From assembly GCA_963707505.1 (NCBI GenBank), contig CAVPQB010000006.1, positions 1-64,000 of the forward strand: a stretch of 64,000 nt of DNA, in the 5' to 3' direction. This document shows positions 1 to 9,445 of the stretch, piece by piece. Origin of the DNA: an uncultured Gemmatimonadales bacterium (GTDB lineage: Bacteria; Gemmatimonadota; Gemmatimonadetes; Gemmatimonadales; Gemmatimonadaceae). Below the pieces are notes generated by a model, which was not told the origin of the DNA, searched no databases, and saw only the letters and a list, made by a program, of their open reading frames with translations. The position numbers and the translations under genes were made by a program. The number at the start of each line of letters is the position of its first letter. The first letter of the stretch is position 1.

Positions 1-38
1 TATGCAGGTATGTCGGATTCAAGAACTCACTCTGCCTA

Positions 39-293
39 TTAAAGTGGCCATCGACGTAATCGACGCCCCGAGATCTCCAACGTAGACAGGGCGATGTGCG
101 CCACGGGCACGCGTCCAGGCACGCGAATGTAAGAATGTCCTTCGGTGGAGTCCTCACGGGCGTCGGCCGACTTCTGAAACTGGCGGATGTGCTTCATCCG
201 CACTCTGCCCTCGAGGAAGGCTTCGCGATGCCAGCCTTCAGAGAAGGCTCGAATGAGAGACGAAGGGATGTTATCGACGACGAAACCTGGCAT
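39..293 (-). CDS. Hypothetical cassette protein, antisense to attC orientation; 3' part probably frameshifted and continuing beyond the window edge
   Basis: The part of ORF 39..527 from MPGFVVDN onward lies outside the attC; the ORF's upstream extension runs through the attC and is unlikely to be coding. Confidence 0.35.
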   Translation of the reverse strand: MPGFVVDNIPSSLIRAFSEGWHREAFLEGRVRMKHIRQFQKSADAREDSTEGHSYIRVPGRVPVAHIALSTLEISGRRLRRWPL

Positions 294-305
294 GTCCGTG
301 GTGAC

Positions 306-403
306 ATATAACGCCGAGCTAAGCTGCAACGGGATCAGATAAGAGTGCACCGGAAGCCTGCTCAGTTCAAGAGCCCGTTTGTCAGCTTCAGCGTTCGTTA
401 AGC
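306..403 (+). other. Integron attC recombination site
   Basis: R'' ATATAAC (306-312), L'' GCTAAGCT, inner arm GCAACGGG...CCCGTTTGTC, L' AGCTTCAGC with an extra base, R' GTTAAGC (397-403, fits GTTRRRY). Confidence 0.8.
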
Positions 404-493
404 CGCCAGAGTGAGAGTCTGACCGGAGGGCGACAACGCAGCACGTCGCCTTGCCAACGGCGCCGTGAAGGGTGACTCTGTAACGAGGTCCGC

Positions 494-1408
494 GTGATAC
501 TTTGCCCAAGCCCCACCGAGTTGTCACCTGTGCACGGATTTACCGTCTTCGACAACAACGCTTACAAAGCCGTCCGGCCTGATCGTCTGACTCGGATTGC
601 CGAGGCTGAAAGGCGAGAGGAGATTATCCCTCTCGCGAGCCTCGTCGTGTTGCAGGAGCTGCTTGCTCGCGTTAGAAGCCGCAATCCACGCGAGCGCGGT
701 CAAAATCGTTCAGCGGTTCGAAAGCTCGGCGTTCATTGTCTCATCCGAACCCCGGGTCCCACGCACATCAATTTTCTGAGTCCAGTAGATAGTCAGGTTC
801 AACGGTTGCTTTCGGGGGAGCGGCATCCCCGCGATGCGGAAATACTGGACGCGTTCGATGATATGGTGCGCGTAGTCACCGACGCGGATGCGGACGAGCC
901 TTTACCGGAAATAGCTGACGACTTGATTGCAATTGAGGCCGGCGTCGCGAAAGTCGAAAGCGAGTACATCGGCGAGCTCAAGTTGGCGGCCGCGTCAGCG
1001 GTACAACCCAATCAGATGAAGCGGAATTTGGAGTATGCAGCTCGTATCGCGCGGCGCGCCTACGACTCCTACAGCATTCGCTTCTCCCCGGTCGAAATCG
1101 TGGAGAATATCATTGACATAGCGAAAATCACATCGGTAGGGTTCGCGTTGCGCGACGCCATCGTCGAGGAAATCCACGCAAAAGGCGGAGGCCATGCTCA
1201 GCATGGCAATAGTGTGTGGGACGAGGAGGTCGTGTCCTCAACCTCGTCCTACACGACGATCAACGAGAAGACGGTTATCCTTGTTACGGAGGAGAAACGG
1301 CTCTTGGTCGCAGCCAGCCTCGCGGACGCCAGCGATCGTGTCTGCGATGTCGCCGCGTATGAGAAGTTGCTCGGCCTCCCCCTTTGGACGGGCGCCCTCG
1401 AAGGCTAG
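494..1408 (+). CDS. Gene-cassette hypothetical protein with PIN-like nuclease motifs
   Basis: Lies between two attC sites; motifs VFDNN, SLVVLQEL, WDEEV and VILVTEEKRL resemble the PIN acidic-residue pattern. Confidence 0.55.
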   Translation: MILCPSPTELSPVHGFTVFDNNAYKAVRPDRLTRIAEAERREEIIPLASLVVLQELLARVRSRNPRERGQNRSAVRKLGVHCLIRTPGPTHINFLSPVDSQVQRLLSGERHPRDAEILDAFDDMVRVVTDADADEPLPEIADDLIAIEAGVAKVESEYIGELKLAAASAVQPNQMKRNLEYAARIARRAYDSYSIRFSPVEIVENIIDIAKITSVGFALRDAIVEEIHAKGGGHAQHGNSVWDEEVVSSTSSYTTINEKTVILVTEEKRLLVAASLADASDRVCDVAAYEKLLGLPLWTGALEG

Positions 1409-1438
1409 CACATCGCCTTACTCAGTGTCGCGTTGGCG

Positions 1439-1500
1439 GCCTAACGCCCTGCTAATCTGCAAAGGGATCACACGAGAGTGCTCACGAAGTGAACCCTTTG
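1439..1500 (+). other. attC left part (R'', L'', terminal hairpin), interrupted by IS
   Basis: GCCTAAC-GCCCT-GCTAATCT, then hairpin CAAAGGGATCAC...GTGAACCCTTTG; same layout as attC at 306. Confidence 0.75.
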
Positions 1501-2757
1501 GGATCTTGCGTCGGTTTCGTAGACACCGATTGAGTTACGCGGCACAGCGTTCAGAAGCAATAGGTGGGCGATATCCTAGCGCTCAATGCATTCTACGGGC
1601 GTTGTAGTACTTCACGTATCGCTTGAGCTCGCGACGCAATCCGCACACATCGCGAAAGGACACTCCGCGGATGAGCTCAGCCTTGAGGGAGTGGAAGAAG
1701 GACTCCATGTGAGCGTTGTCTTCAGGCCGGCGAGTGCTGGCGCTCTGAAGTAATCCGAGAGTGGTCACGCACGCGTGAAGCGGAGCTGCCATGTACTCCG
1801 ATCCACGATCGCTGTGAAAGATCACACCGCGCGTCCGGCGCGCTCGTGCAGCTGCTCTCAGCACCGCGCACGTGACCCCTGCGTCTCGTCGTGAGGCGAG
1901 ACTCCACGCGAGCACCCGGCGAGAGTACTGATCAAGCACCACCGCAAGATACTACCAGCGCTCAGCCACAGGCAGGTAGGTGATATCGCCTACCCAGACC
2001 TGATTCGGGCCGCTCACCTTGACCTCACGAATGCGGTTCGGCTGACGGTCGTAAAAGAGATGCACTCCATCCTTCGCACGAAAGCCGCGGACCGCCTTTG
2101 CGCGAAATCCCGCAGCGCGCATCAGCCGGGCGACCCGTCGGCGGCTCACGTGCACACCTTGGAGCACGAGTCTGCGGTGCACACGGGGCTTCCGTAACGT
2201 CCCTCGTGCGCCTGAAAGATCTGCGTGATTCGTGTGAGTAACTCCCGGTCCTGCTCGGCGTGAGCACTCGCTGGCCGCTGGCGCCAAGCGTAAAACCCTG
2301 CGCGCGTGACCCCATAGAGCATCGGCAGAGCCGCGTCACACTGTACGTCCTTGCGTACTCCTCCGCTGTGCCTCGAATCAGGCGAAGATGTCTGTCTTCG
2401 AGCGGGACAGAACCGGATGGCTTTTTTTAAGAGATCATGCTCCTCTTGCAAGATCGCGTGCGCCTTCTCGAGCCCCTGCAGGTTTGCAATCTCACGAGCA
2501 GGGGCCGGCGGTGGTGCTTTCTTGGCTGAGCATCGGAGCTTCCGGTCCCGTGCATCTCTCCTCCACTTCGACAGCATGAAGGGATGAATAGCAAGCGCTT
2601 GAGCAACGATCTGAACTTGAATCCCAAGCTGTTCTGTCAGACGAACTGCTGTGAGCTTGAACTCCACGCTGTCACGGTGAACGGTGCGTGGTCCAGCTCG
2701 CGGCATGCGACACCTCCAGTGTTAGGAAAAAGTGTCCACTACAATGGAGCAAGTCCC
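1501..2757 (-). mobile_element. IS3-family insertion sequence, about 1.26 kb, degenerate
   Basis: OrfA (SVEFKLTAVRL...IHPFMLSKWR); A7G slippery run (T7 at 2422-2428 on +); OrfB DDE motifs WVGDITY, FHSDRGSEY, ESFFHSLKAE; 26-bp imperfect IRs at 1501-1526 and 2732-2757 (17/26 match). Confidence 0.9.
1535..2706 (-). pseudogene. IS3 transposase orfA/orfB with frameshifts and in-frame stops
   Basis: OrfB is split over ORFs 1952..2287 and 1583..1942, with a TAG in W*YL and a TGA in H*ALGY. Confidence 0.85.
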
Positions 2758-2783
2758 GATCATAGATAGTCCGGGCGTTAGGC
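2758..2783 (+). other. attC right part (L'-like and R')
   Basis: AGATAGTCCGGGC-GTTAGGC; GGGCGTTAGGC is the exact reverse complement of GCCTAACGCCC at 1439-1449. Confidence 0.65.
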
Positions 2784-2834
2784 TCAGACCTTCGCTAGAT
2801 GCACACCAACTGACGTCCAGTCGCGTGTGCAGGA

Positions 2835-3383
2835 TCAATCCTTCCTCGTCAAAGCGCTAAGATGGGACAGACCATTCGGGTCGACCGGCCGCGGTATCAC
2901 CTGCACATTCAAGACAGAAGCAATCGCCGAGATCGCCAACGGACCCGCATACCAACACTCAATTTCTGGGACGCGGAAAGCACCGATTGAAACCCGCTTC
3001 TTGATATTGTCCCATTGAATTAGATCATGGTAGGAGTCAGACGATACCAGTAGGAACGACAGATCAGGCATCAGTGGCGGCGGCGCGAGAAAATAAAAAT
3101 CTTGCAAGCCCCGGCTGAGTGCCTGCTCCGACGCATGACGCAGGTCGAAGAGGCAAACGTAGGCATTCTTGCGAGCAAAGCTTGCTGCCGATTGAGGATA
3201 GGTATTCCCAAGAGTGCCATCGGCATCTGGCAGAATCGCGCCGGAGGCTACGATTTGCTTGTAGCGCCCCCGCGAGGTCACGTGGAACGCCTGTCCCAGC
3301 AATAGCGGGAGTAGTTTGTCCTCTAGATCCGCTTCCTTAAAGCTTAGCTGCCTCTCGATCATCGCAGAATCCCGCATAAACAC
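2835..3383 (-). CDS. Hypothetical protein, possible ADP-ribosyltransferase-like fold
   Basis: 182-aa ORF with FHVTS...IVASGAILP, YVCLFD and EIECWYAGPL motifs; lower GC than the core genes. Confidence 0.5.
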   Translation of the reverse strand: MFMRDSAMIERQLSFKEADLEDKLLPLLLGQAFHVTSRGRYKQIVASGAILPDADGTLGNTYPQSAASFARKNAYVCLFDLRHASEQALSRGLQDFYFLAPPPLMPDLSFLLVSSDSYHDLIQWDNIKKRVSIGAFRVPEIECWYAGPLAISAIASVLNVQVIPRPVDPNGLSHLSALTRKD

Positions 3384-3462
3384 GGGTCAGAATGCGCTTT
3401 CTTGCGGATCTACTTGGCGCAGACAGTCGGCGGCACTCACCACAAGAAGTGTACTCTGACCC
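3384..3462. repeat. Imperfect inverted repeat (GGGTCAGA...TCTGACCC)
   Basis: GGGTCAGAATGCGCTTTCTTG vs reverse complement of CAAGAAGTGTACTCTGACCC. Confidence 0.6.
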
Positions 3463-3552
3463 CACTTTCACGCTCCCGACTCCGCCCACCATCCTGATGC
3501 GCGAATTCAGAAACAATGGCGCACAACGTGATACCTGCCCGCGCCAAAAGTG

Positions 3553-3966
3553 TTACGACTTCCCGCCGTCCTTACGAAAATACTCGACGTCCATCAGGCC
3601 ATCGAAGTCATCATCCTGCGTCCACACAACTCCACCGACGCTCTGCGCAGTCGCATACACGATACTGTCCGCAAGCGGTAACTTGTGGTCAACGCCAACC
3701 TTCGCAGCAGCAAGTGCCAGCGACGCGTCCAGATCGATCACCGTTCCCTGCTGCATCAACGCAACTGCCTGCAGCGCGTCACTCTCACCGCGCTGCCTCA
3801 AGACCACCTTGAACACTTCGAGCAGACATATAGCCGGCACCACAAGCCGACCGACAGACTCAATCGCTCCCGCGAAGTGCACCGCCCCCGCTCCATCGGC
3901 GAAGTACTCCAGCCATGCCGAAGAATCGACGACATTCGGCCCGGTGTGCTTGCGTGGTGCGATCAC
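3553..3966 (-). CDS. vapC: VapC family PIN-domain toxin
   Basis: NVVDSSAWLEYF, CLLEVFK, LADSIVYATA, WTQDDDF; 4-nt overlap with the antitoxin. Confidence 0.9.
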   Translation of the reverse strand: MIAPRKHTGPNVVDSSAWLEYFADGAGAVHFAGAIESVGRLVVPAICLLEVFKVVLRQRGESDALQAVALMQQGTVIDLDASLALAAAKVGVDHKLPLADSIVYATAQSVGGVVWTQDDDFDGLMDVEYFRKDGGKS

Positions 3967-4169
3967 ACGCGATCGCGCTCTCGGCGCACCGTGGTATCGA
4001 TACCCTGAAGAAAGCCGCGCATGCTCTTGAGCGAGCGCACCGGGATGAACTCGATCCGATTGTCGTACGCAAGCGCCTGGACCTTCTGCCCAGGCTCCAG
4101 CCCCAGCCGCTCGCGGATGGCGAGCGGGATCACGACCTGAAATTTGGGCGAGACAGTTACTACGTCCAT
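3963..4169 (-). CDS. vapB: AbrB/MazE/SpoVT family antitoxin
   Basis: MDVVTVSPKFQVVIPLAIRERLGLEPGQKV; GAGG RBS upstream. Confidence 0.9.
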   Translation of the reverse strand: MDVVTVSPKFQVVIPLAIRERLGLEPGQKVQALAYDNRIEFIPVRSLKSMRGFLQGIDTTVRRERDRV

Positions 4170-4179
4170 CACAACCTCG

Positions 4180-4220
4180 ATCGATAGCGATATCGTATGA
4201 CGATATCTCAATCTATCGAT
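4180..4220. promoter_or_regulatory. Palindromic operator of the TA operon (putative)
   Basis: GATATCGT-atg-ACGATATC (4189-4207) nested in ATCGATAG...CTATCGAT, directly upstream of the antitoxin. Confidence 0.65.
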
Positions 4221-4284
4221 AAATCCGACATACCCGCCAGAACAAGACCGGCGCGGAGGCCCGCGCCGGTCAATGGAAGCGAGA

Positions 4285-7276
4285 TTACCGCCCGCCGCCC
4301 TGCGCTTCTGGAGCCGTTGCCTTCCCCGCCCCCAGATCATTCCAGTTCATGATCGCATTGAACCCCAACATATAAGTCCCCTGCGTCTGCCATCTCCAGA
4401 ACGGCCTTATCGCGAACATCACGATATGTCCCTTCCCCACAGACTCATCCACAACCTGCGCGCGTCCTGACAGAGCCTCGCCGCCCGACAACACCCCCGA
4501 CAACAACATATCCGCCGGCCTCGTCGGGAATTTCAGAATCACACGCGGTCCGTCAGTATCAGCATCACCAGCCGCAGCTCCGCGCCCACCACGCTGCGCA
4601 CCAGCTCCGCCAGCACCCGCAGCAGCGCCCGCCTGCGCAGGACGACGACGCGCCCCGTCACCAGCCGACGCATCCGCATCCGGATTCCACGGCGACAACT
4701 GCTGCACCGTCGCCATCGGCGTGATGTCCTGGCTGTTCACACCACCACGCCCGAACCCGCCAAACCCACCACCGCCGCCACCCGCGCGAATCACCGGACC
4801 CTGATTGAAGTACACCGGGATCTCGATCGTGCCCGTAGCCATACACGATCGGGCTCTTCATGTCCTGATGATCGCCGCGCATGATGCTGCCGCGCGCGAA
4901 CAGGCTGTCCGGCTCCTCGATCGTCACGCCGGGCGTGAGGTTGTAGGCTCGGGAAAATTATCGTCGACGTCGATCCTTCGACGATCAGCGTTCCGCCCTG
5001 CTCGCACGAACTCGTCGAGATTCTTCACGCCTTCGAGACCCATCCCGCCGCGAATGTCGTCCGACGCGTCGGGCGTGCCGAGTGCCTGGAACTCCGCGGT
5101 CTTCTTGTACGGAAGCGGAGTCGCGCCGTTCTTCGCAATGCCGTTCACCATCGCTCTGCACCGTGCCACCGATGTGCGGGAAGATGATCACGTCGTACTT
5201 CTGGCGCAGATTGCCCTTACGGAGATCGATGTCGCCGAAGTAGGAGTACGGAATGCCGTACGTGTCGAGCGCAGCGCGCACCCAGCCTTCGTCCTGCGTG
5301 CGCGACCAGCTGTGCACGTAGCCGATGCGCGGCACGTCCAGGTCGTGCGTCTTCACGCTCGGCGCCGACGCCATCGCATAGGCGGACAGACCGAGCTGCT
5401 TGAGCGCCGGCTCCAGCTGCGCGCGATTGGCGTCGGCGATGATTATCGCGCCGGCGCGGAAGTGGTGACCGTCGGCATCGAAGTCCTCTTCGGCGGCCTG
5501 CATCTTCGTCTTCGCGAACTTGAAGCGGAACGCGGCAATGTTGTTGTCGCTGTGTTGTCGACCACGACGACGCTGCCGTTGCCCGAGATGCCGCCCGCGC
5601 GCCACGGCGTCCGCGGTGAGCAACGTCATCGGCTGCGTCGAGCAGAGCTCTTGTCGTTCACGGCCGTGACCGTGATGTCGCGCATCAGCGGGAACGTCCA
5701 GCCCGTGTCGTCGTACGGCGCAGGATTGCCAGGCGAGAAGTGCTGCAGCGCGAAGTACATGTCGGCAAGCGTGCGGTACGGCTGATCGCCGCGAATGATG
5801 TAATCGCCCGGCTTGCACCGAGACGCTTGCCCACCGTGAAAGCAGTAGTTGGCGTGTCCGACCTCGAGTCCCTGCGCGCGAAGATCGTTCACCGCGTCCG
5901 CCGCGTTCGCCTTGCGATGCTGTCGGCGCAGGAATCACCCAGCCGATAGATCGGCCCGGTCTTTCCCTTGTCCACGGCGCGCTGTGCCTTGCGCCAGATA
6001 GTTGTCGAGGAACTCTCCTTGTTCTTCGCGACGTTGTTCAGCGCGAACAGGATCGCCGATTCCTGGATGTTGGTGTTGTTGCGCGGTCCCCAGTTGATGC
6101 TGTCGCAGCGGCGGATTGGGCCGGAACCACTCGCGGCTCGTCGTGTGTCGCGCGTGGCTTCACCACGTAATTGTCAGGGCCGTAGCTCTGCACTTCGTAG
6201 AAACGGCCGATCTCGTTGTGCGTGTGCGCAATGAAGAACAGATAGTTAGGCGTCCAGCCGTCGTAGAAGCCGTACGTCCACACGCCCGGCACGCCGCGCT
6301 TCGTCATCTCCATCACGTCGTTCTCGGCGAGCATCCACCATTCGTCGATCGTGATCGGATCGATCTGCTTCGTTGTACGGACCGGTGCCCGTCGAGGCGT
6401 ACAGGTACGTCTGCGCCTCGTGCAGGTCGTGCAGCACCGTCGGATGCCAGTCGAGCACCGCCTGCGTGATGTGCTTGCGTGAGCTCGAGGAACTGACCCA
6501 TGCCGTCGCGATTGTTGTCGTGCTGCACGTACTTGCCCCAGTACATGAGCGGCAGTCGCTCCGCGCCCTTGGGAAGCTTCTTGTTGTAGTAGTAGGTGTC
6601 GACCGCCTTGTCGCGCCCGTCGGGCTCGACGACTGGCGTGATCAGCGTGATGACGTTGTTCCGGATGTTCGGATGAACGTGCGACGAATCGACGACGAGC
6701 CGGTACGCGAGCTCCATCAGCATCTCCGGACCGCCGAACTCGGGCGAGTGGATGCCGCTCGTGATGTAGTAGATGGGCTTCGCAGTGTGGATCAGCTTCT
6801 GCGCCTGCTCCTGCGTCGTCTTGCGCGGATCGCTCAACTGCGCGAGCATGCCCTTGTAGTTGTCGATGTTCTTGATCGTCTGCTTCGTCGGCGATGGCGG
6901 CGAGGATCATGTCGCGGCCCTCTTCGGTCTTGCCGATGCGCCAGACCTTGACCGCGCGGCGACGCCTTGGCGAGCGCGTCGAAGTACTTGTAGATGTCAG
7001 CCGCATGCGGTCCAGCTCGCCTGGCGCGCCGACGATGTGTCCCAGTACCTTGAGCGGCGTGGGCACGGTGGACGACGCGGGTAGATAGTCCACGAGCTCC
7101 GTCGTGATGCGCGGATCTTCCAGATCCTTTTTGATCTGCGCAGTATAGGCGGAGTCGATGGCCTGATGCGCTGCCTGCTGCGCGGCAGCGATCGAAGGGA
7201 GCACGAGCGCGGCGGCGGAGGCTGCAGCGGCCAGCGTGCAGATCATCACGAACTTCTGGATCGACTTCTGATACAT
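4285..7276 (-). CDS. M14 family zinc carboxypeptidase with C-terminal glutamine-amidotransferase-like region; multiply frameshifted
   Basis: Fragments in several frames: signal peptide, GIHSPE, HDNNRD, LHDLHE, DEGWVR, IRPFWRWQT. Confidence 0.8.
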
Positions 7277-7394
7277 CCTGTCTTCCTCTCGGGTTGGATC
7301 GAGTGGCGCCGGAGGCACCGGGTCGTACGTGGAGGGTGCGATATAATACGCCGACCCGGAGAGTGGCGTTAGGATGGGAAGATCGACGGCGAAG

Positions 7395-7850
7395 CTATGC
7401 CGAGCAGACTCGCATGCCGAATTTCTCGAACACCGGACCGACTGCCTGCGGTGTCTTCTCGCGGTCGTACGGCCCCTGCCACGCCGCAGCCAGCGCGCGG
7501 AAGAACTGCTCGTATTCGGGCAGGCCTATGGTGAGCATCCGCGACGGTGTGTCTCCCGCGCCCGCGAACCGGTGCTTCATGCCAGGCGGTACTGCGATGG
7601 TCTCGCCGTGTTTCGCCAGCCATGTGACGAGCTCGCCCTCCCGCTCCAGAGTCCACTCGACCTCGCCCTCGATCACGTGAAACGTTTCGAGCCAGCGGTC
7701 CGTGTGCAGTACTGTCGCACCGCCGCGCGGCTGAATCAACAACTCCATGATGCAGTACGCGCCGCCCGATTCCTCACTCGAAACGAGCACGTTAATCTCG
7801 TTGTTGCCCAGAAACCGGATGATCCGGTCCTCCTTCACTGCGGCTTTCAC
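7395..7850 (-). CDS. Cupin domain protein
   Basis: ETFHVIEGEV...VPPGMKHRF cupin motifs. Confidence 0.8.
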   Translation of the reverse strand: MKAAVKEDRIIRFLGNNEINVLVSSEESGGAYCIMELLIQPRGGATVLHTDRWLETFHVIEGEVEWTLEREGELVTWLAKHGETIAVPPGMKHRFAGAGDTPSRMLTIGLPEYEQFFRALAAAWQGPYDREKTPQAVGPVFEKFGMRVCSA

Positions 7851-7865
7851 TACTCACCTCCGGCA

Positions 7866-7899
7866 GTATGAATGTGATCGCATTGTGCGATCATCATAC
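7866..7899. promoter_or_regulatory. Palindromic operator candidate between divergent cupin and MFS genes
   Basis: TGATCGCA-ttg-TGCGATCA (7875-7893) flanked by GTATGA/TCATAC. Confidence 0.5.
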
Positions 7900-7990
7900 G
7901 GTAACGAAAAGTCGAGCAGTTCGCTGGCCCGAGTGTCACCTGCGCCCGGTGAGCGATACATTGTGAAAGCCAGAGAACCCATGTGTCCAA

Positions 7991-9370
7991 ATGACTGAGT
8001 CCGCAAAGCGCTGGACGCTCATCGGATCGATACTAGGCTCCGGTGCGGTGTTCATTGAGGGAAGCGTGACGAACGTCGCGCTTCCGGCAATCGCGCGCGA
8101 TCTGCATCTCGGAATCACGGGCTTGCAGTGGACGATGAACGGCTACCTTCTCACGCTGAGCGCCCTCATCCTGCTCGGCGGTGCACTCGGCGACCGGTTC
8201 TCGCGCCGCAAGGTATTCGCATGGGGACTGGTTGGATTCGCCATCGCCTCTCTCGCCTGCGCAGTCGCGCCGAACCTGATTCTTCTAGTGATAGCACGCG
8301 TGTTTCAGGGAATTGCCGGCGGAATACTCGTACCGAACAGCCTCGCTCTGCTCGAGTCGACGTTCACCGGTGAGGAGCGCGGCGCCGCGGTTGGTCACTG
8401 GGCATCATGGTCGGCAGTGTCCACGGCGGTAGGACCACTGCTCGGTGGATGGATCGTGGATGCAGCGTCGTGGCGATTCGTGTTCGTGATAATGGTGCCG
8501 TTTGCCATTGCAGGCGCCATCGCGGTGACGGTCGCCGGCAGATCCGCAAAAGAAAGTAAATCCGCATCGACCGTCGATTACGCAGGTGCCGCACTCATGA
8601 CGCTCGGGCTTGCAGCGATCGTCGGCGCTCTGATGCTCGGACCCGATCGCGGATTCACGACGCTCTATCCAGTATCACTCGGTGTCGCGGGTATCGTGCT
8701 GCTCGTTGCGTTCGTCGTCGTCGAGCATCGCGCGAAAGAACCACTCCTTCCATCAGATACTTTCGCATCGAAGAAATTCGCCGGCGTGAACGCTGCCACG
8801 TTCGCGATATACGCTGCGCTGACGGGTCTGTTCTTCCTCCTCATGCTCCAGCTCCAGAACGTGCTCGGTTACAGCGCGCTCGCGGCAGGCGCATCGCTGA
8901 TGCCGATCAATGTGCTGTTGCTGATCATCTCACCATTCGCGGGGCGGCTCGCCGAGCGATGGGGAGCGCGGCTGCCGATGACTGCAGGGGCTCTTGTGGC
9001 GGCAGTTGGAATGCTGCTGTTCGCTCTGGTGCGTCCCGGCGCGAGTTATGTGACTTCCGTATTACCCGCCGCAATCGTGTTCGGAATCGGACTGGCATCA
9101 CTCGTCACACCGCTCACAACGGTCGCGCTCGCTTCACTCGGCGAGAGCCGCGCGGGTCTCGCATCCGGTGTGAACAATTCAGTCGCGCGCGTCGCTGGAT
9201 TGCTTGCCACTGCGATAATCCCACTGGCTGCCGGCCTCGGTGGCGCCCATAGCCTGTCCGGCGCGACGCTGGCGAATGGATTCACGCGCGCGATGTTCAT
9301 CTGCGCTGGGTTGTGCGCCGCTGGTAGCGTGATATCGCTGTTCACGATGAGCGGCCGACCAGAGCGTTAG
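7991..9370 (+). CDS. MFS efflux transporter, DHA2 (14-TM) type
   Basis: NVALPAI, GGALGDRFSRRK motif A, GPLLGGWIV. Confidence 0.9.
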   Translation: MTESAKRWTLIGSILGSGAVFIEGSVTNVALPAIARDLHLGITGLQWTMNGYLLTLSALILLGGALGDRFSRRKVFAWGLVGFAIASLACAVAPNLILLVIARVFQGIAGGILVPNSLALLESTFTGEERGAAVGHWASWSAVSTAVGPLLGGWIVDAASWRFVFVIMVPFAIAGAIAVTVAGRSAKESKSASTVDYAGAALMTLGLAAIVGALMLGPDRGFTTLYPVSLGVAGIVLLVAFVVVEHRAKEPLLPSDTFASKKFAGVNAATFAIYAALTGLFFLLMLQLQNVLGYSALAAGASLMPINVLLLIISPFAGRLAERWGARLPMTAGALVAAVGMLLFALVRPGASYVTSVLPAAIVFGIGLASLVTPLTTVALASLGESRAGLASGVNNSVARVAGLLATAIIPLAAGLGGAHSLSGATLANGFTRAMFICAGLCAAGSVISLFTMSGRPER

Positions 9371-9445
9371 CAAGACCTCGTCCTCCGCAGACGGCGTGAC
9401 GCAACCCATCGTTCGTAGCGAAGCAGCGGTGAGCTGCGTCTGACA

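Noticed and set aside
96..311. 71-aa + strand ORF whose stop lies in the attC R'' box
   Set aside because: The position is cassette-like, but the translation has no recognisable features and the antisense frame looks more protein-like; left unresolved.
3521..3558. GCACAAC...GTTACGA as a third attC
   Set aside because: Too short, no L boxes, and the right end does not fit GTTRRRY.
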